Notes: generated from the letters alone by a model not told the origin. DNA of 64,000 bases from an uncultured Spirochaetaceae bacterium (GCA_964638895.1 CAZWYY010000002.1:1626-65625); one strand, 5' to 3'; shown: positions 1 through 8,701, numbered from the stretch's first letter. A program made the numbers and translations.

Positions 1-110
1 AATAGTGATAAACGCCTAGGAGAAAGTGTATCGTTAAAGTACTGGTTATACACCCTGACGCCCTGTTTCTCGATTTCATCAAACGCTACCTGGAGCTCAA
101 GGATTTCTTA

Positions 111-1493
111 GTGCAGATCGTAGATAACTGCGTGGACGGTTTCACTGACTGCCTGTCCAAGAAGCCGGACCTGGTGATCCTCAACAAGAACTTTCCGGCC
201 ATGGGCAGCAAGGGGTTTCTTATCAAAAAGAGCAACAATGCGGCCACGGCGGACATACCGGTGTTTGTTATCGGTGAGTTCGGCTCCGATGAGATCCTGA
301 ACCTGAAAAAGATGAATGTGGTGGCCTTTATGTCCAGCCCCATCAATCCGGTCATCCTGGTGGAGCGCATCAGCCTGTTGTTCAACCTGCCGCCCCAGGC
401 ATTTTCCAACCGGACCCCTATGCTGCTTGACATGCATGTGCGGGGCAATGTGATCATCAGCCAGATCGAGGGCAATTTTGAGGAGGACAAGCTTGAGGAG
501 TTCAATTACCTGGTGCGTGCCTTTTGTAAGAACAACGAGATAACCTCGCCCAAGATGCTGATTATCATTCCCTCGCTTTACGAGGAAAGCATCACGAGGG
601 AGAATTTGGACTTGCTTTTCCGCTTTCTGCATTACCCGGAGCTTGAGATCAAGAATTTCCAGATCAAACTCCTGACCTCCCTGCCGGCCCTGCTTTCCAT
701 CCTGAAAAAGAACTCCCGCTATGCGGAGTTTGAGGTGGTAAAGGATTTTGTTTCCGGGTTTCAATCCCTGCAGATCGATTTTGATAAAAAAAAGACGGTG
801 CCTACCGATTTTCTCAAAACAGGCTGCATCTATATCTTTGATCTGTACGATAACCAGGGCAGGAAGGTGGTGCCCTCACTCACCCCCCTGACCGAACCCC
901 TGCTGCAGAGAATAAAGGAGCAGGGCCTGAACTCTCTTACCTATTACAGCGATTTTGATTTAAGCGAGATCGAGCGGGAGGTGGAAGACCTGATCCTGCT
1001 GCAGGATGAAAAACAGATCTACTCCATTTTCGCGGAAGCCTTTGATCCCATCAAGGCCGAGGTGGACATCTCCAAGATCTGGGACGAAAAACTCAGCCTG
1101 TTCTTCAGGAGAATGAAGGGCCAGAACGTGCTTATTGTGTCCGGCAGCCGGGAGGTGTACGACATCATTCTGCGCTCTCTGGATATTTATTTTAATATAG
1201 AACAAAAAGAGGACACGCAGGACCTTGGTGCCATGGTAAAAGAGAAAAGCTACATTATCGTTTTCCTGGACGCCGAGCTCTCCGATGAACAGGTGGTGCG
1301 TATGCTGCGGGACATCCGCGTTGCGGTAAGCAGAAGAAAAACCTCCGTTATCATATTGGCCAACAAACTGAACAAATCATCCGTGATCCAGTTCCGCAAC
1401 GCGGGCACGGACAATATCATCGTCTCGCCCTTTTCCACCAATAAAATTCTGCATAGGGTGTTCGAGTCCGTAACCCTTGACCGCCGCACCTGA
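111..1493 (+). CDS. Protein with two degenerate CheY-like receiver folds (N- and C-terminal) flanking an unknown central domain. The true start is probably upstream of the listed GTG, because the in-frame upstream residues VKVLVIHPDALF look like the beginning of a receiver domain.
   Basis: 460-aa ORF. N-terminal region (KPDLVILNKNFPAMGSKGFL) and C-terminal region (NVLIVSGS...YIIVFLDAEL...IIVSPFSTNKIL) follow the receiver-domain pattern but lack the canonical DD, phospho-Asp and Lys residues. No canonical start codon is visible in the first 110 nt. Confidence 0.55.
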   Translation: MQIVDNCVDGFTDCLSKKPDLVILNKNFPAMGSKGFLIKKSNNAATADIPVFVIGEFGSDEILNLKKMNVVAFMSSPINPVILVERISLLFNLPPQAFSNRTPMLLDMHVRGNVIISQIEGNFEEDKLEEFNYLVRAFCKNNEITSPKMLIIIPSLYEESITRENLDLLFRFLHYPELEIKNFQIKLLTSLPALLSILKKNSRYAEFEVVKDFVSGFQSLQIDFDKKKTVPTDFLKTGCIYIFDLYDNQGRKVVPSLTPLTEPLLQRIKEQGLNSLTYYSDFDLSEIEREVEDLILLQDEKQIYSIFAEAFDPIKAEVDISKIWDEKLSLFFRRMKGQNVLIVSGSREVYDIILRSLDIYFNIEQKEDTQDLGAMVKEKSYIIVFLDAELSDEQVVRMLRDIRVAVSRRKTSVIILANKLNKSSVIQFRNAGTDNIIVSPFSTNKILHRVFESVTLDRRT

Positions 1494-1505
1494 GCATGGG
1501 TGTGT

Positions 1506-2606
1506 TCACTGGGCAAAAATACGTTTGCTTAACTTAATGGAGCGGTAGGGGTTGTTTTCTATTTTTAAAAAAGAACGGTAGATGCGGCAAGCCTCGTAAT
1601 ACCCGTCCGGCTTGCAAAACGACGATTCAATATCCGCCCGGTACAGCTCAAGCAAGTGCGGAAACAGGGGTGAGCGCAGCAGCTTTTCTATGCGGTACAG
1701 GGGCATCCTGTGCATGGCCGCGGGCATCATGTGCTGGCGCACCAGGAAGGCGACGTCGCGGACCAGCTCCCGCTCAAAACCCAGCCTCCCCAGAAACGCG
1801 GAACTTAAGGAAGCCCCCAGCTCGGTGTGGTTTTGAAAGGGCCGGAAACGGTCGCCACGCGCTGTGGTTTTTCCGATGTCGTGCAGGAGCAGGGCCAAAG
1901 ACAGAAGAAGATCAGGCTCTTTCCTGTGCTCCAAGCAGGCCAGGGCGTGCTCCCACACGTTGCCCTCGGGGTGGTAGTCCTTGTCCTGCGGTACGTCGAG
2001 CATGGCCAGGAGTTCCGGCCAGAACGCGGAGATAAAACCGCCGGCCTTGAGGATTTCCAGGCCGCGCCCGGGAAACGCGCCGCACAAAATGTTTTGCAGC
2101 AGGCGCCGCTGCGCGGCAAGGGGCGGATTCGGGCCGCCTGCGGCCGGGACGATCTCCTGCCGGCTGGGGGTAAAGCCGTAGCGCGCCGCCAGGTGCGCCG
2201 CGTCCATGACCTGTTGCCAGCCGGGACTGCGGCCACCCAACGGCGAGAGGATTCTTTTACGCAGGTCACGATATGCGTTCCGCGTGTCTATAAACCTGCC
2301 CGCGTTAAAGTCAAAATAGAAGTTCTGGGCCGTATAAAACCGCGCGGGCGGGGCAGCCAGGCTGTCTACGCAGCGGAAAAAATAACGCCTGTGCGCACTG
2401 CGCAGGCAGGCGTCAACAGTGGGCAGGCCGGGAAACTCTATGTCGTCGAACACGCGGGCCAGGGTAACCAGGTTGGCGTCCGTAAGCAGGTACCACGTAT
2501 TTTTTTCATTCAGTTCGAAGTAGGCGTCCAGGGAGGAGATGCTGTCAAAGAGAAAGGCAATCCGGCGGTCTTGGCATGTTTTGATAACAGGATCCGTGTG
2601 TTGCAT
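1506..2606 (-). CDS. HD-domain protein related to the body and tail of a CCA-adding enzyme, with a degenerate nucleotidyltransferase head.
   Basis: Intact HD motif (LLLHDIGK) and an upstream histidine (EHALACLEH). The central region resembles the CCA-enzyme RRDFTINA...RF.ED.LR segment (RRYFFRCV...FNAGRFIDTRNAYRDLRKRIL). The N-terminus reads LLTDANLVTLARVFDDIEF where GGAVRD...DxD would be expected. Confidence 0.6.
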   Translation of the reverse strand: MQHTDPVIKTCQDRRIAFLFDSISSLDAYFELNEKNTWYLLTDANLVTLARVFDDIEFPGLPTVDACLRSAHRRYFFRCVDSLAAPPARFYTAQNFYFDFNAGRFIDTRNAYRDLRKRILSPLGGRSPGWQQVMDAAHLAARYGFTPSRQEIVPAAGGPNPPLAAQRRLLQNILCGAFPGRGLEILKAGGFISAFWPELLAMLDVPQDKDYHPEGNVWEHALACLEHRKEPDLLLSLALLLHDIGKTTARGDRFRPFQNHTELGASLSSAFLGRLGFERELVRDVAFLVRQHMMPAAMHRMPLYRIEKLLRSPLFPHLLELYRADIESSFCKPDGYYEACRIYRSFLKIENNPYRSIKLSKRIFAQ

Positions 2607-2737
2607 CTCAGATTCCTTTCTCTGTTAAAGAACTTAAGGCGGCTTACACAATCAAGATAAGCCTAAGAGAACGGTGTGTCAAGAACCCATATCCGCGGGC
2701 CGGTACGCTGAGAAAGCAATTCTTGTTACAATTAATA

Positions 2738-2766
2738 TTGACAAACCATACGTATACGTATATGTT
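2738..2766 (+). promoter_or_regulatory. Sigma-70-type promoter TTGACA-17-TATGTT upstream of the oxidoreductase operon, with a 14-bp perfect palindrome ATACGTATACGTAT across the spacer and -10 region.
   Basis: TTGACA at about 2738-2743, TATGTT at about 2761-2766, and a GGAGGAG ribosome-binding site before the ATG at 2802. The palindrome (2748-2761) is its own reverse complement. Confidence 0.4.
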
Positions 2767-2801
2767 TATCACATATCAACGCATACGGGGGGAGGAGACC
2801 T

Positions 2802-3035
2802 ATGGCGTCCGGAAGACCGGTAATCGATACCGCACTGTGCAAGGGATGTGAACTCTGCGTGTCCGTGTGTCCGCAGAAGGTGCTTTCCATGTCCGAAGAT
2901 ACCAACGACAGGGGCGTGCCGTACGCCTGCTTCGACGAATCGGACAACTGTACCGCCTGCGCATTCTGTGGGCAGATCTGCCCGGAATACGCAATCCGGG
3001 TAATCAGGTATGAAAGGGTGGCGGAGGAGGTATGA
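2802..3035 (+). CDS. oorD: 2-oxoacid:ferredoxin oxidoreductase delta subunit, a 2x[4Fe-4S] ferredoxin.
   Basis: 77 aa with two CxxCxxCxxxCP cluster motifs (CKGCELCVSVCP and CTACAFCGQICP). It is the first gene of a delta-alpha-beta-gamma operon. Confidence 0.8.
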   Translation: MASGRPVIDTALCKGCELCVSVCPQKVLSMSEDTNDRGVPYACFDESDNCTACAFCGQICPEYAIRVIRYERVAEEV

Positions 3036-4087
3036 GTAAGAAAGTTTTTATGAAGGGCAACGAGGCCCTGGCCGAGGCGGCGATCATCGCGGGCTGCCGC
3101 TATTTTTTCGGGTATCCCATAACCCCGCAAAACGAGGTGCCGGCCTATTTCGCCATGCGCCTGCCGCAGGTGGGCGGCACATTTCTCCAGGCCGAGAGCG
3201 AGTTGGCGGCCATAAACATGGTGTTCGGGGCGTCCGCGGCCGGGGCCAGGGTCATGACCTCGTCCTCGTCACCGGGAATCAGCCTGAAACAGGAGGGCAT
3301 CTCCTACATGGCGGGCGCGGAGCTGCCGGCCGTGGTGGTGAACATGATGCGCGGCGGGCCCGGACTGGGGAGTATCGCGGGTTCACAGGGCGATTATTTC
3401 CAGGCCGTAAAGGGCGGCGGCCACGGCGATTACCGCCTGATCGTACTGGCCCCCAATTCCGTGCAGGAACTGGCGGACCTGACCGTGCTGGCCTTCGACC
3501 TGGCGGACCGTTACCGCATGGTCTGCATGATTTTGGGGGACGGCTTTCTGGGGCAGATGTCCGAGCCCCTGGTGCTCCCCACGCCAAGCGGGAAAAGCTT
3601 CGATAAATCGGACTGGGTGCTTGACGGCGCCAAAGACCGCGCGCCGCGCATCGTACGCTCCCTGCGCCTGACTCCGGAGGACGCGCTGGAAAAGCTTAAT
3701 CTTCGGCTTCAGGAAAAATACCACGCAGTTGAGCAAAACGAAACCCGCTCGGAGGAGTATATGGCCGACGACGCCGAGTACCTCATGGTGGGTTTCGGAA
3801 TCAGTTCGCGGCTGTTAAAGGCCGCCGTGCATTCCCTGCGCGCGCAGGGGGTGAAGGCCGGGCTGTTTCGGCCCGTCACACTCTGGCCGTTTCCATCCAA
3901 GCAACTGGCAGCGTGCGCGGCGGGAAAGCGGCGGGTGCTGGTGGTGGAGATGAACGCAGGGCAGATGGTGGAGGATGTGCGCCTGGCCGTAAACGGCTCG
4001 GTGCCCGTAGACTTCCTGGGCAGGATGGCCGGCATGCTCCCGGAAATAAAGACCATCACGGAAAGGATTAAAAACTATGCAGCTTAA
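3032..4087 (+). CDS. oorA: 2-oxoacid:ferredoxin oxidoreductase alpha subunit.
   Basis: N-terminus KGNEALAEAAIIAGCRYFFGYPITPQNE is typical of KorA/PorA. Its start overlaps the delta-subunit stop. Confidence 0.85.
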   Translation: MSKKVFMKGNEALAEAAIIAGCRYFFGYPITPQNEVPAYFAMRLPQVGGTFLQAESELAAINMVFGASAAGARVMTSSSSPGISLKQEGISYMAGAELPAVVVNMMRGGPGLGSIAGSQGDYFQAVKGGGHGDYRLIVLAPNSVQELADLTVLAFDLADRYRMVCMILGDGFLGQMSEPLVLPTPSGKSFDKSDWVLDGAKDRAPRIVRSLRLTPEDALEKLNLRLQEKYHAVEQNETRSEEYMADDAEYLMVGFGISSRLLKAAVHSLRAQGVKAGLFRPVTLWPFPSKQLAACAAGKRRVLVVEMNAGQMVEDVRLAVNGSVPVDFLGRMAGMLPEIKTITERIKNYAA

Positions 4088-4841
4088 TACACGGGAAAAA
4101 GTGCTTGAGAAAATCGTATTTGCACGCAACGCGTTACTAAGCGAAAAGGCGCACCATTACTGCGCGGGCTGCGGCCACGGGATCGTGCACCGGCTGCTTG
4201 CCGAGCTTATAGACGAGTTCGGGATCGCGCAGAAAACCGTGCTGATCGCGCCGGTGGGCTGCGGCGTGTTGGCGTATTTTTATATCAAGGTGGACGGCTG
4301 CGAGGCGGCGCATGGGCGCGTACCCGCGGTGGCCACGGGCCTGAAACGGGTTAACCCGGAGAATATCGTGATCGCCTATCAGGGAGACGGCGATCTTTTG
4401 GCCATCGGCACGGCCGAGACGATTCACGCGGCCAACAGGGGAGAAAACATCACCGTGGTCTTTATCAACAACGCGCTGTACGGCATGACGGGCGGGCAGA
4501 TGGCGCCCACCTCGCTGGTGGGGCAGAAGACCAAGACCTCCCCCTACGGGCGCAGCGCGGCCGAGGCCGGGTATCCCATCCGGGCCTGTGAGCTTTTAAA
4601 CTCGCTGGAGGCGCCGGTGTTTATTGAGCGCACCGGCGTGCATTCGGTGAAACAGATCATCAGAACAAAGAAGGCCCTAAAAAAAGGGCTCGCAAACCAG
4701 ATAGAAAACAGGGGCTACTCCTTTATCGAGGTCCTGTCCATGTGTCCCACGGGTTGGGGCATGAAGCCCGTGAAGGCCGTGGAGTGGATCGAGAATCAGA
4801 TGGTGCCCTATTATCCTCTGGAAAATTTTCGCGACAGGTAG
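4077..4841 (+). CDS. oorB: 2-oxoacid:ferredoxin oxidoreductase beta subunit (thiamine-pyrophosphate binding).
   Basis: HYCAGCGHG motif and the TPP-binding GDG...NN region (YQGDGDLLAIG...VVFINNALYGMTGGQ). Its start overlaps the alpha-subunit stop. Confidence 0.85.
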   Translation: MQLNTREKVLEKIVFARNALLSEKAHHYCAGCGHGIVHRLLAELIDEFGIAQKTVLIAPVGCGVLAYFYIKVDGCEAAHGRVPAVATGLKRVNPENIVIAYQGDGDLLAIGTAETIHAANRGENITVVFINNALYGMTGGQMAPTSLVGQKTKTSPYGRSAAEAGYPIRACELLNSLEAPVFIERTGVHSVKQIIRTKKALKKGLANQIENRGYSFIEVLSMCPTGWGMKPVKAVEWIENQMVPYYPLENFRDR

Positions 4842-5402
4842 GTGTCAGGTATGGAAGAGAAGATTATCTTTGCCGGGTTCGGCGGGCAGGGCGTAATCCT
4901 GGCCGGAAAACTGGTGTGCATCGCCGCCATGAACGACGGCAGGCACGTGTCTCATATCCCTTCTTACGGGGCGGAGATGCGCGGCGGCACGGCCAACTGT
5001 TCGGTGGTCGTATCCTCGGAGGAGATCCCCTCGCCGCTGGTGTTTTCACCCACGGTCTGTGTGGTCTTAAACGAGCCCTCCCTGCGAAAGTTCGAGGGCC
5101 GGCTTGTTCCCCACGGCATGCTGATCTACAACTCCTCACTCATCAAAACCGCGCCCAAGCGACAGGACATCGTGTGCATACCCGTCGCGGCCAACGAGCT
5201 GGCCGAGCGGGTAGGATCGCCCAAAACAGCGAACATGGTGGCCGTCGGCGCGCTTCTTAAACTTAAATCGGAGATCGCTTCCCTGGATTCCGTAAAGGAG
5301 GCGCTGGAAGAAGGCGTTTCCGAGCGCAACCGCGCCTTCAATGAGTTTAATATCAAAGCCCTGGACCTGGGGTTCGAAAGCGCCGACCATCTTACCAATT
5401 AG
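4842..5402 (+). CDS. oorC: 2-oxoacid:ferredoxin oxidoreductase gamma subunit.
   Basis: IIFAGFGGQGVILAGKL is the characteristic N-terminus of PorG/KorC. Confidence 0.8.
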   Translation: MSGMEEKIIFAGFGGQGVILAGKLVCIAAMNDGRHVSHIPSYGAEMRGGTANCSVVVSSEEIPSPLVFSPTVCVVLNEPSLRKFEGRLVPHGMLIYNSSLIKTAPKRQDIVCIPVAANELAERVGSPKTANMVAVGALLKLKSEIASLDSVKEALEEGVSERNRAFNEFNIKALDLGFESADHLTN

Positions 5403-5511
5403 GCGGCGCGTGTAGGGCGAAAATCTCTCGAATTTTCGATATTACCACACAAATATGTAGTATAATTACTCCAAAACCCTGATTTTATTTATTTTTTTCC
5501 GATAATTATAG

Positions 5512-5539
5512 TTGACAGAAAACATTTTGAGCATAAAAT
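5512..5539 (+). promoter_or_regulatory. Pmra-like sigma-70 promoter, TTGACA-16-TAAAAT, upstream of mraZ.
   Basis: TTGACAGAAAACATTTTGAGCATAAAAT. A second TATAAT-like element sits at about 5462. The promoter is followed by two GTGGGA direct repeats. Confidence 0.45.
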
Positions 5540-5548
5540 GATCAACAT

Positions 5549-5564
5549 GTGGGAAAAAGTGGGA
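5549..5564 (+). promoter_or_regulatory. Two direct GTGGGA repeats with 10-bp periodicity, a candidate MraZ operator.
   Basis: GTGGGAAAAAGTGGGA lies just downstream of the -10 element. MraZ proteins bind direct TGGG-containing repeats in their own promoter. Confidence 0.4.
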
Positions 5565-5593
5565 TATTTTAGCAGATTGTGGTGGAAAAGTGG

Positions 5594-6043
5594 ATGCTGA
5601 CCGGCGAATTTAAGTATTCTTTGGACGATAAGGGGCGCCTCATGATCCCGGTGCGCATGCGTACCGCGGTAACAGGCAATGTGCTTATCGTTACCCGGGG
5701 TGTGGAAAAGTGTATCTGGCTGTTTTCACCCGATGAATGGAAAAAGATTTCCCAGGACATGCTTGTTTCCGCATCGCTTTTTCACGAAAAGGCCAGGCTG
5801 ATCCAAAGAAGGATTCTGGCACCCGCCCAGGAGCTGGAGATAGACAAGTCCGGGCGCATCAGTATTCCCCAGACCTTAAGGGAGTATGCGGGATTAAAAA
5901 AAGAATGTATTATATTGGGTATGCTGAAATATATGGAGATCTGGGATGAGGACAACTACCAGAGTTACTGGAATGAAAACGAAAGCAAGTTCAGGGACGC
6001 GGCCGAGGAGCTGGGCGCAAAGGTGACGTTCAGAAATGAGTAA
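5594..6043 (+). CDS. mraZ: Transcriptional regulator MraZ.
   Basis: MLTGEFKYSLDDKGRLMIPVRMR...GRISIP contains two MraZ repeats. It is the first gene of the division cluster. The ORF could alternatively start at the GTG at 5579. Confidence 0.9.
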   Translation: MLTGEFKYSLDDKGRLMIPVRMRTAVTGNVLIVTRGVEKCIWLFSPDEWKKISQDMLVSASLFHEKARLIQRRILAPAQELEIDKSGRISIPQTLREYAGLKKECIILGMLKYMEIWDEDNYQSYWNENESKFRDAAEELGAKVTFRNE

Positions 6044-7010
6044 CGGACTTATGCATGCAGACGAACACGATACGGCCGTTCACGCGCCGGTGCTGCTGGA
6101 GCAGGTGCTGGAGTATTTGGGGCCCAAGGCGGGGCCCGGTGCCGTATTTATAGACGCTACCTGCGGGGAGGGCGGACACGCACAGGCATTTCTGGAACGC
6201 TTTCCCGCGCTTATGCTGTTCGGCGTTGACGCGGATAGGGAGCAGACCGCCTTTGCCGCGCGTCGTCTTACATCTTTCGGCAGACGAATACGGCTTTTTA
6301 CCATGCGCTTCTCCGAGTTTTTTACGCACTATGAAGAATATAACGGCAGGAAACCCGACGCCATCCTCTTTGACCTGGGGATCTCCCGCTTTCATTACGA
6401 AAAAAGCGGGAGGGGTTTTTCTTTCGGTCGGGACGAGTACCTGGATATGCGGATTGACGGGTACGGGCGGGAGACCGCCTTTGGCATCGTGAACAACGCG
6501 CCGCGGGCCGAGCTTGTGCGTATTCTGCGCGAGTACGGCGAGGAGGCGTACGCGTTCGCAATCGCGCGCGCAATCTGCACGGCGCGCAAGACGGCGCCCG
6601 TACGCACCAGCGTCGCGCTTGCCGAGCTCATCCGGCGGGCCGTGCCGCCCGCGTACCGGAACAGGCGAATCCACGCCGCCACCAAAAGCTTCCAGGCGTT
6701 GCGCATCGCGGTAAACGGCGAGCTTTCCGAACTGGAAAAGGGGCTTGCCCTGGGGTTTGAGCTTTTGCGGGCGGGCGGCAGAATCGCGGTGATCTCGTTT
6801 CATTCCCTGGAGGACAGGATCGTCAAGCGCTTCTTCAAGGAGAAAAATAAGTCCTGTATCTGCCCCCCGGAACGGCCGATCTGTCAATGTAGGGGCAAAA
6901 AAGAGCTTGTGCTGCTCACAAAAAAGCCCGTTACCGCGGGGCAGGATGAGCGTACGGCCAATCCGGCCGCCCGCAGTGCAAAAATGAGAGTTGTGGAGAA
7001 GTGCGCATGA
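6036..7010 (+). CDS. rsmH: 16S rRNA m4C1402 methyltransferase RsmH (MraW).
   Basis: HAPVLLEQVLEYL...DATCGEGGHAQAFL matches the RsmH S-adenosylmethionine-binding region. It sits directly after mraZ. Confidence 0.9.
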   Translation: MSNGLMHADEHDTAVHAPVLLEQVLEYLGPKAGPGAVFIDATCGEGGHAQAFLERFPALMLFGVDADREQTAFAARRLTSFGRRIRLFTMRFSEFFTHYEEYNGRKPDAILFDLGISRFHYEKSGRGFSFGRDEYLDMRIDGYGRETAFGIVNNAPRAELVRILREYGEEAYAFAIARAICTARKTAPVRTSVALAELIRRAVPPAYRNRRIHAATKSFQALRIAVNGELSELEKGLALGFELLRAGGRIAVISFHSLEDRIVKRFFKEKNKSCICPPERPICQCRGKKELVLLTKKPVTAGQDERTANPAARSAKMRVVEKCA

Positions 7011-7279
7011 ATTACAAACGGGTATTAATCGTTATATTCGCCTGTACCATTCCGCTGGTGCTTTTTTTGTCAAGCGTGCAGGCCTATAATTACATGAAGC
7101 TTAAGGCCGAGGTTGAAAAACTGGAGGCGGACCAGAAGGACTGGCTGGAAAAAAATAAAAAGCTGATAGCCAGTATTGAGGTGCTGCGAACGCCGCAGCG
7201 CATGGAAAAGCTGGCCACGGAGGAGCTCGGCCTGCGGAAAATCGATAAAAAGCGGGTTACGTTGATAGAGTTCGAGTAA
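7001..7279 (+). CDS. ftsL: Cell-division protein FtsL-like (single transmembrane helix plus coiled coil).
   Basis: 92 aa with one transmembrane helix followed by a coiled-coil stretch (KLKAEVEKLEADQKDWLEKNKKL). It lies between rsmH and murF. Confidence 0.65.
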   Translation: MRMNYKRVLIVIFACTIPLVLFLSSVQAYNYMKLKAEVEKLEADQKDWLEKNKKLIASIEVLRTPQRMEKLATEELGLRKIDKKRVTLIEFE

Positions 7280-7300
7280 CAAAGGGAGCGCGAGACCAAG

Positions 7301-8701
7301 GTGAGGGGAACGAAAACGGAACAGACCCTATTCTCGGTCCTGGAACTGACGGAGGCCGTGGGCGGCGCCTGTGAACGAGCCGGCGGGGCGCCGGTGCGCG
7401 GTGTGTGTATCGATTCGCGTGAGGCGGCGCCCGACATGCTGTTTGTGGCTCTGCCCGGCGGGCGCACGGACGGCCACGAATACCTTGAGGCCGCAGTTGC
7501 GGTGGGCGTGGCCGCTCTTCTGGTAACGACCGCCGAGTGGACACGGCGAAAGTCCCGTATCCTGCCCCTGCTGGATGGCCCGGATATATCGTGCGTAAGC
7601 GTGCCCGATACGCTTGCCGCCCTGCAGAACCTGGCGGCCTGGCATCTGCGGCGCCTGCCCGGCGTGCTGCGCATCGGCATTACCGGGAGCAGCGGCAAGA
7701 CCACCTCCAAAGAGATTTTGGGCGCGGTGTTGTCGCGCTTTGCGCCTACCGTTATGAACAAGGGTAACCTGAATTCGGAAACCGGCGTACCCCTGACCGC
7801 GTTCAGGGTGGACGCCTCGTACACCTACGCGATCTTTGAGATGGGCATCAATCATCGAGGCGAGATGGACGCGCTGGCCCGGATTGTCAGGCCTGATATC
7901 GCGGTGATCACCAACATCGGGAACGCGCACATCGGTCTTCTGGGGTCCAGGCAGGGGATTGCGGAGGAGAAGAAAAAGATAACCGCGCATTTTACCGGAA
8001 CGCAAAAGCTGTTCCTGCCCGAGGACGATGAGTTTTTAGAGTTCTTATCGCGTGATGTGTGCGGCAAGGTGATTACCTACGGGGAAAAAAGCGTTAAGGG
8101 GCTTTTAGGGAAAAAGGATCTGGGGTTGGATGGAAGCATCATCAACTGGGAGGAGCTCCAGATCCGCTTCCCGCTTTTCGGAAGGCCTAACTATATGAAC
8201 GCACTGGCCGCGATCGCCGTGGCCGTAGAGCTGGGCGTGGACAAAACGGCCGTGAAACAGGGCCTGGAACACGTGGAACCCATGTTCGGCCGGTCCGAGG
8301 TGTCCAGGGGCGGGGTGACGGTCATCAAGGACTATTACAACGCCAATCCGGACGCCGTGTCAGGGGTGCTGGATTTTTTTCATGATCTTCCCTGGCGGGG
8401 GAAAAAAATCGTGGTGCTGGGAAGCATGCTTGAGCTGGGCAGCCGGAGCGCTCCGGCGCATAAACGCATCGGGAGGCTTGTGGCTGCCCAGAAACCGGAC
8501 GGCGCCCTGTTTCTGGGCAGGGAGGCGAAGGCCGCCTTTCATGCCTGTAAAAAGGCCGGGTTCGGCGGTATGGTCTGCTGGAAGGCCTCAACCGCCAAAC
8601 TGGCGCCAGTGCTCAAGGATTATGTTGCGGAGGGCGATATCGTGCTGCTCAAAGGCTCGCGCGCCCTGGAACTGGAAAGGCTGGTTACGGCCCTGGCATA
8701 A
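7301..8701 (+). CDS. murF: UDP-N-acetylmuramoyl-tripeptide--D-alanyl-D-alanine ligase MurF.
   Basis: GITGSSGKTTSKE P-loop and overall Mur-ligase architecture, in the division-cluster context. Confidence 0.9.
   Translation: MRGTKTEQTLFSVLELTEAVGGACERAGGAPVRGVCIDSREAAPDMLFVALPGGRTDGHEYLEAAVAVGVAALLVTTAEWTRRKSRILPLLDGPDISCVSVPDTLAALQNLAAWHLRRLPGVLRIGITGSSGKTTSKEILGAVLSRFAPTVMNKGNLNSETGVPLTAFRVDASYTYAIFEMGINHRGEMDALARIVRPDIAVITNIGNAHIGLLGSRQGIAEEKKKITAHFTGTQKLFLPEDDEFLEFLSRDVCGKVITYGEKSVKGLLGKKDLGLDGSIINWEELQIRFPLFGRPNYMNALAAIAVAVELGVDKTAVKQGLEHVEPMFGRSEVSRGGVTVIKDYYNANPDAVSGVLDFFHDLPWRGKKIVVLGSMLELGSRSAPAHKRIGRLVAAQKPDGALFLGREAKAAFHACKKAGFGGMVCWKASTAKLAPVLKDYVAEGDIVLLKGSRALELERLVTALA

Noticed and set aside
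108-764. 218-aa minus-strand ORF overlapping the 111-1493 gene.
   Set aside because: Antisense shadow ORF. It lies entirely within a better-supported + strand gene, has no ribosome-binding site, and has a composition typical of the reverse frames of GC-rich coding DNA.
1827-2660. 277-aa + strand ORF (and the nested 1670-2035 and 1805-2269 ORFs) across the HD-protein gene.
   Set aside because: Arg/Pro/Ala-rich antisense frames of the minus-strand HD gene, with no motifs.
5518-5533. The GAAAAC...TTTTG/C element in the promoter spacers as a CodY box.
   Set aside because: The CodY consensus AATTTTCWGAAAATT has TTTTC-W-GAAAA polarity. Here the half-sites are in the opposite order (GAAAAC-N-TTTTC), and no codY gene is in the conserved codY position. 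It is kept only as an unassigned shared element.
6030-7824. Long minus-strand ORFs (6030-6887 and 7090-7824) over rsmH, ftsL and murF.
   Set aside because: Opposite-strand frames of conserved division-cluster genes, low-complexity R/P/S-rich. The + strand genes have clear family signatures.
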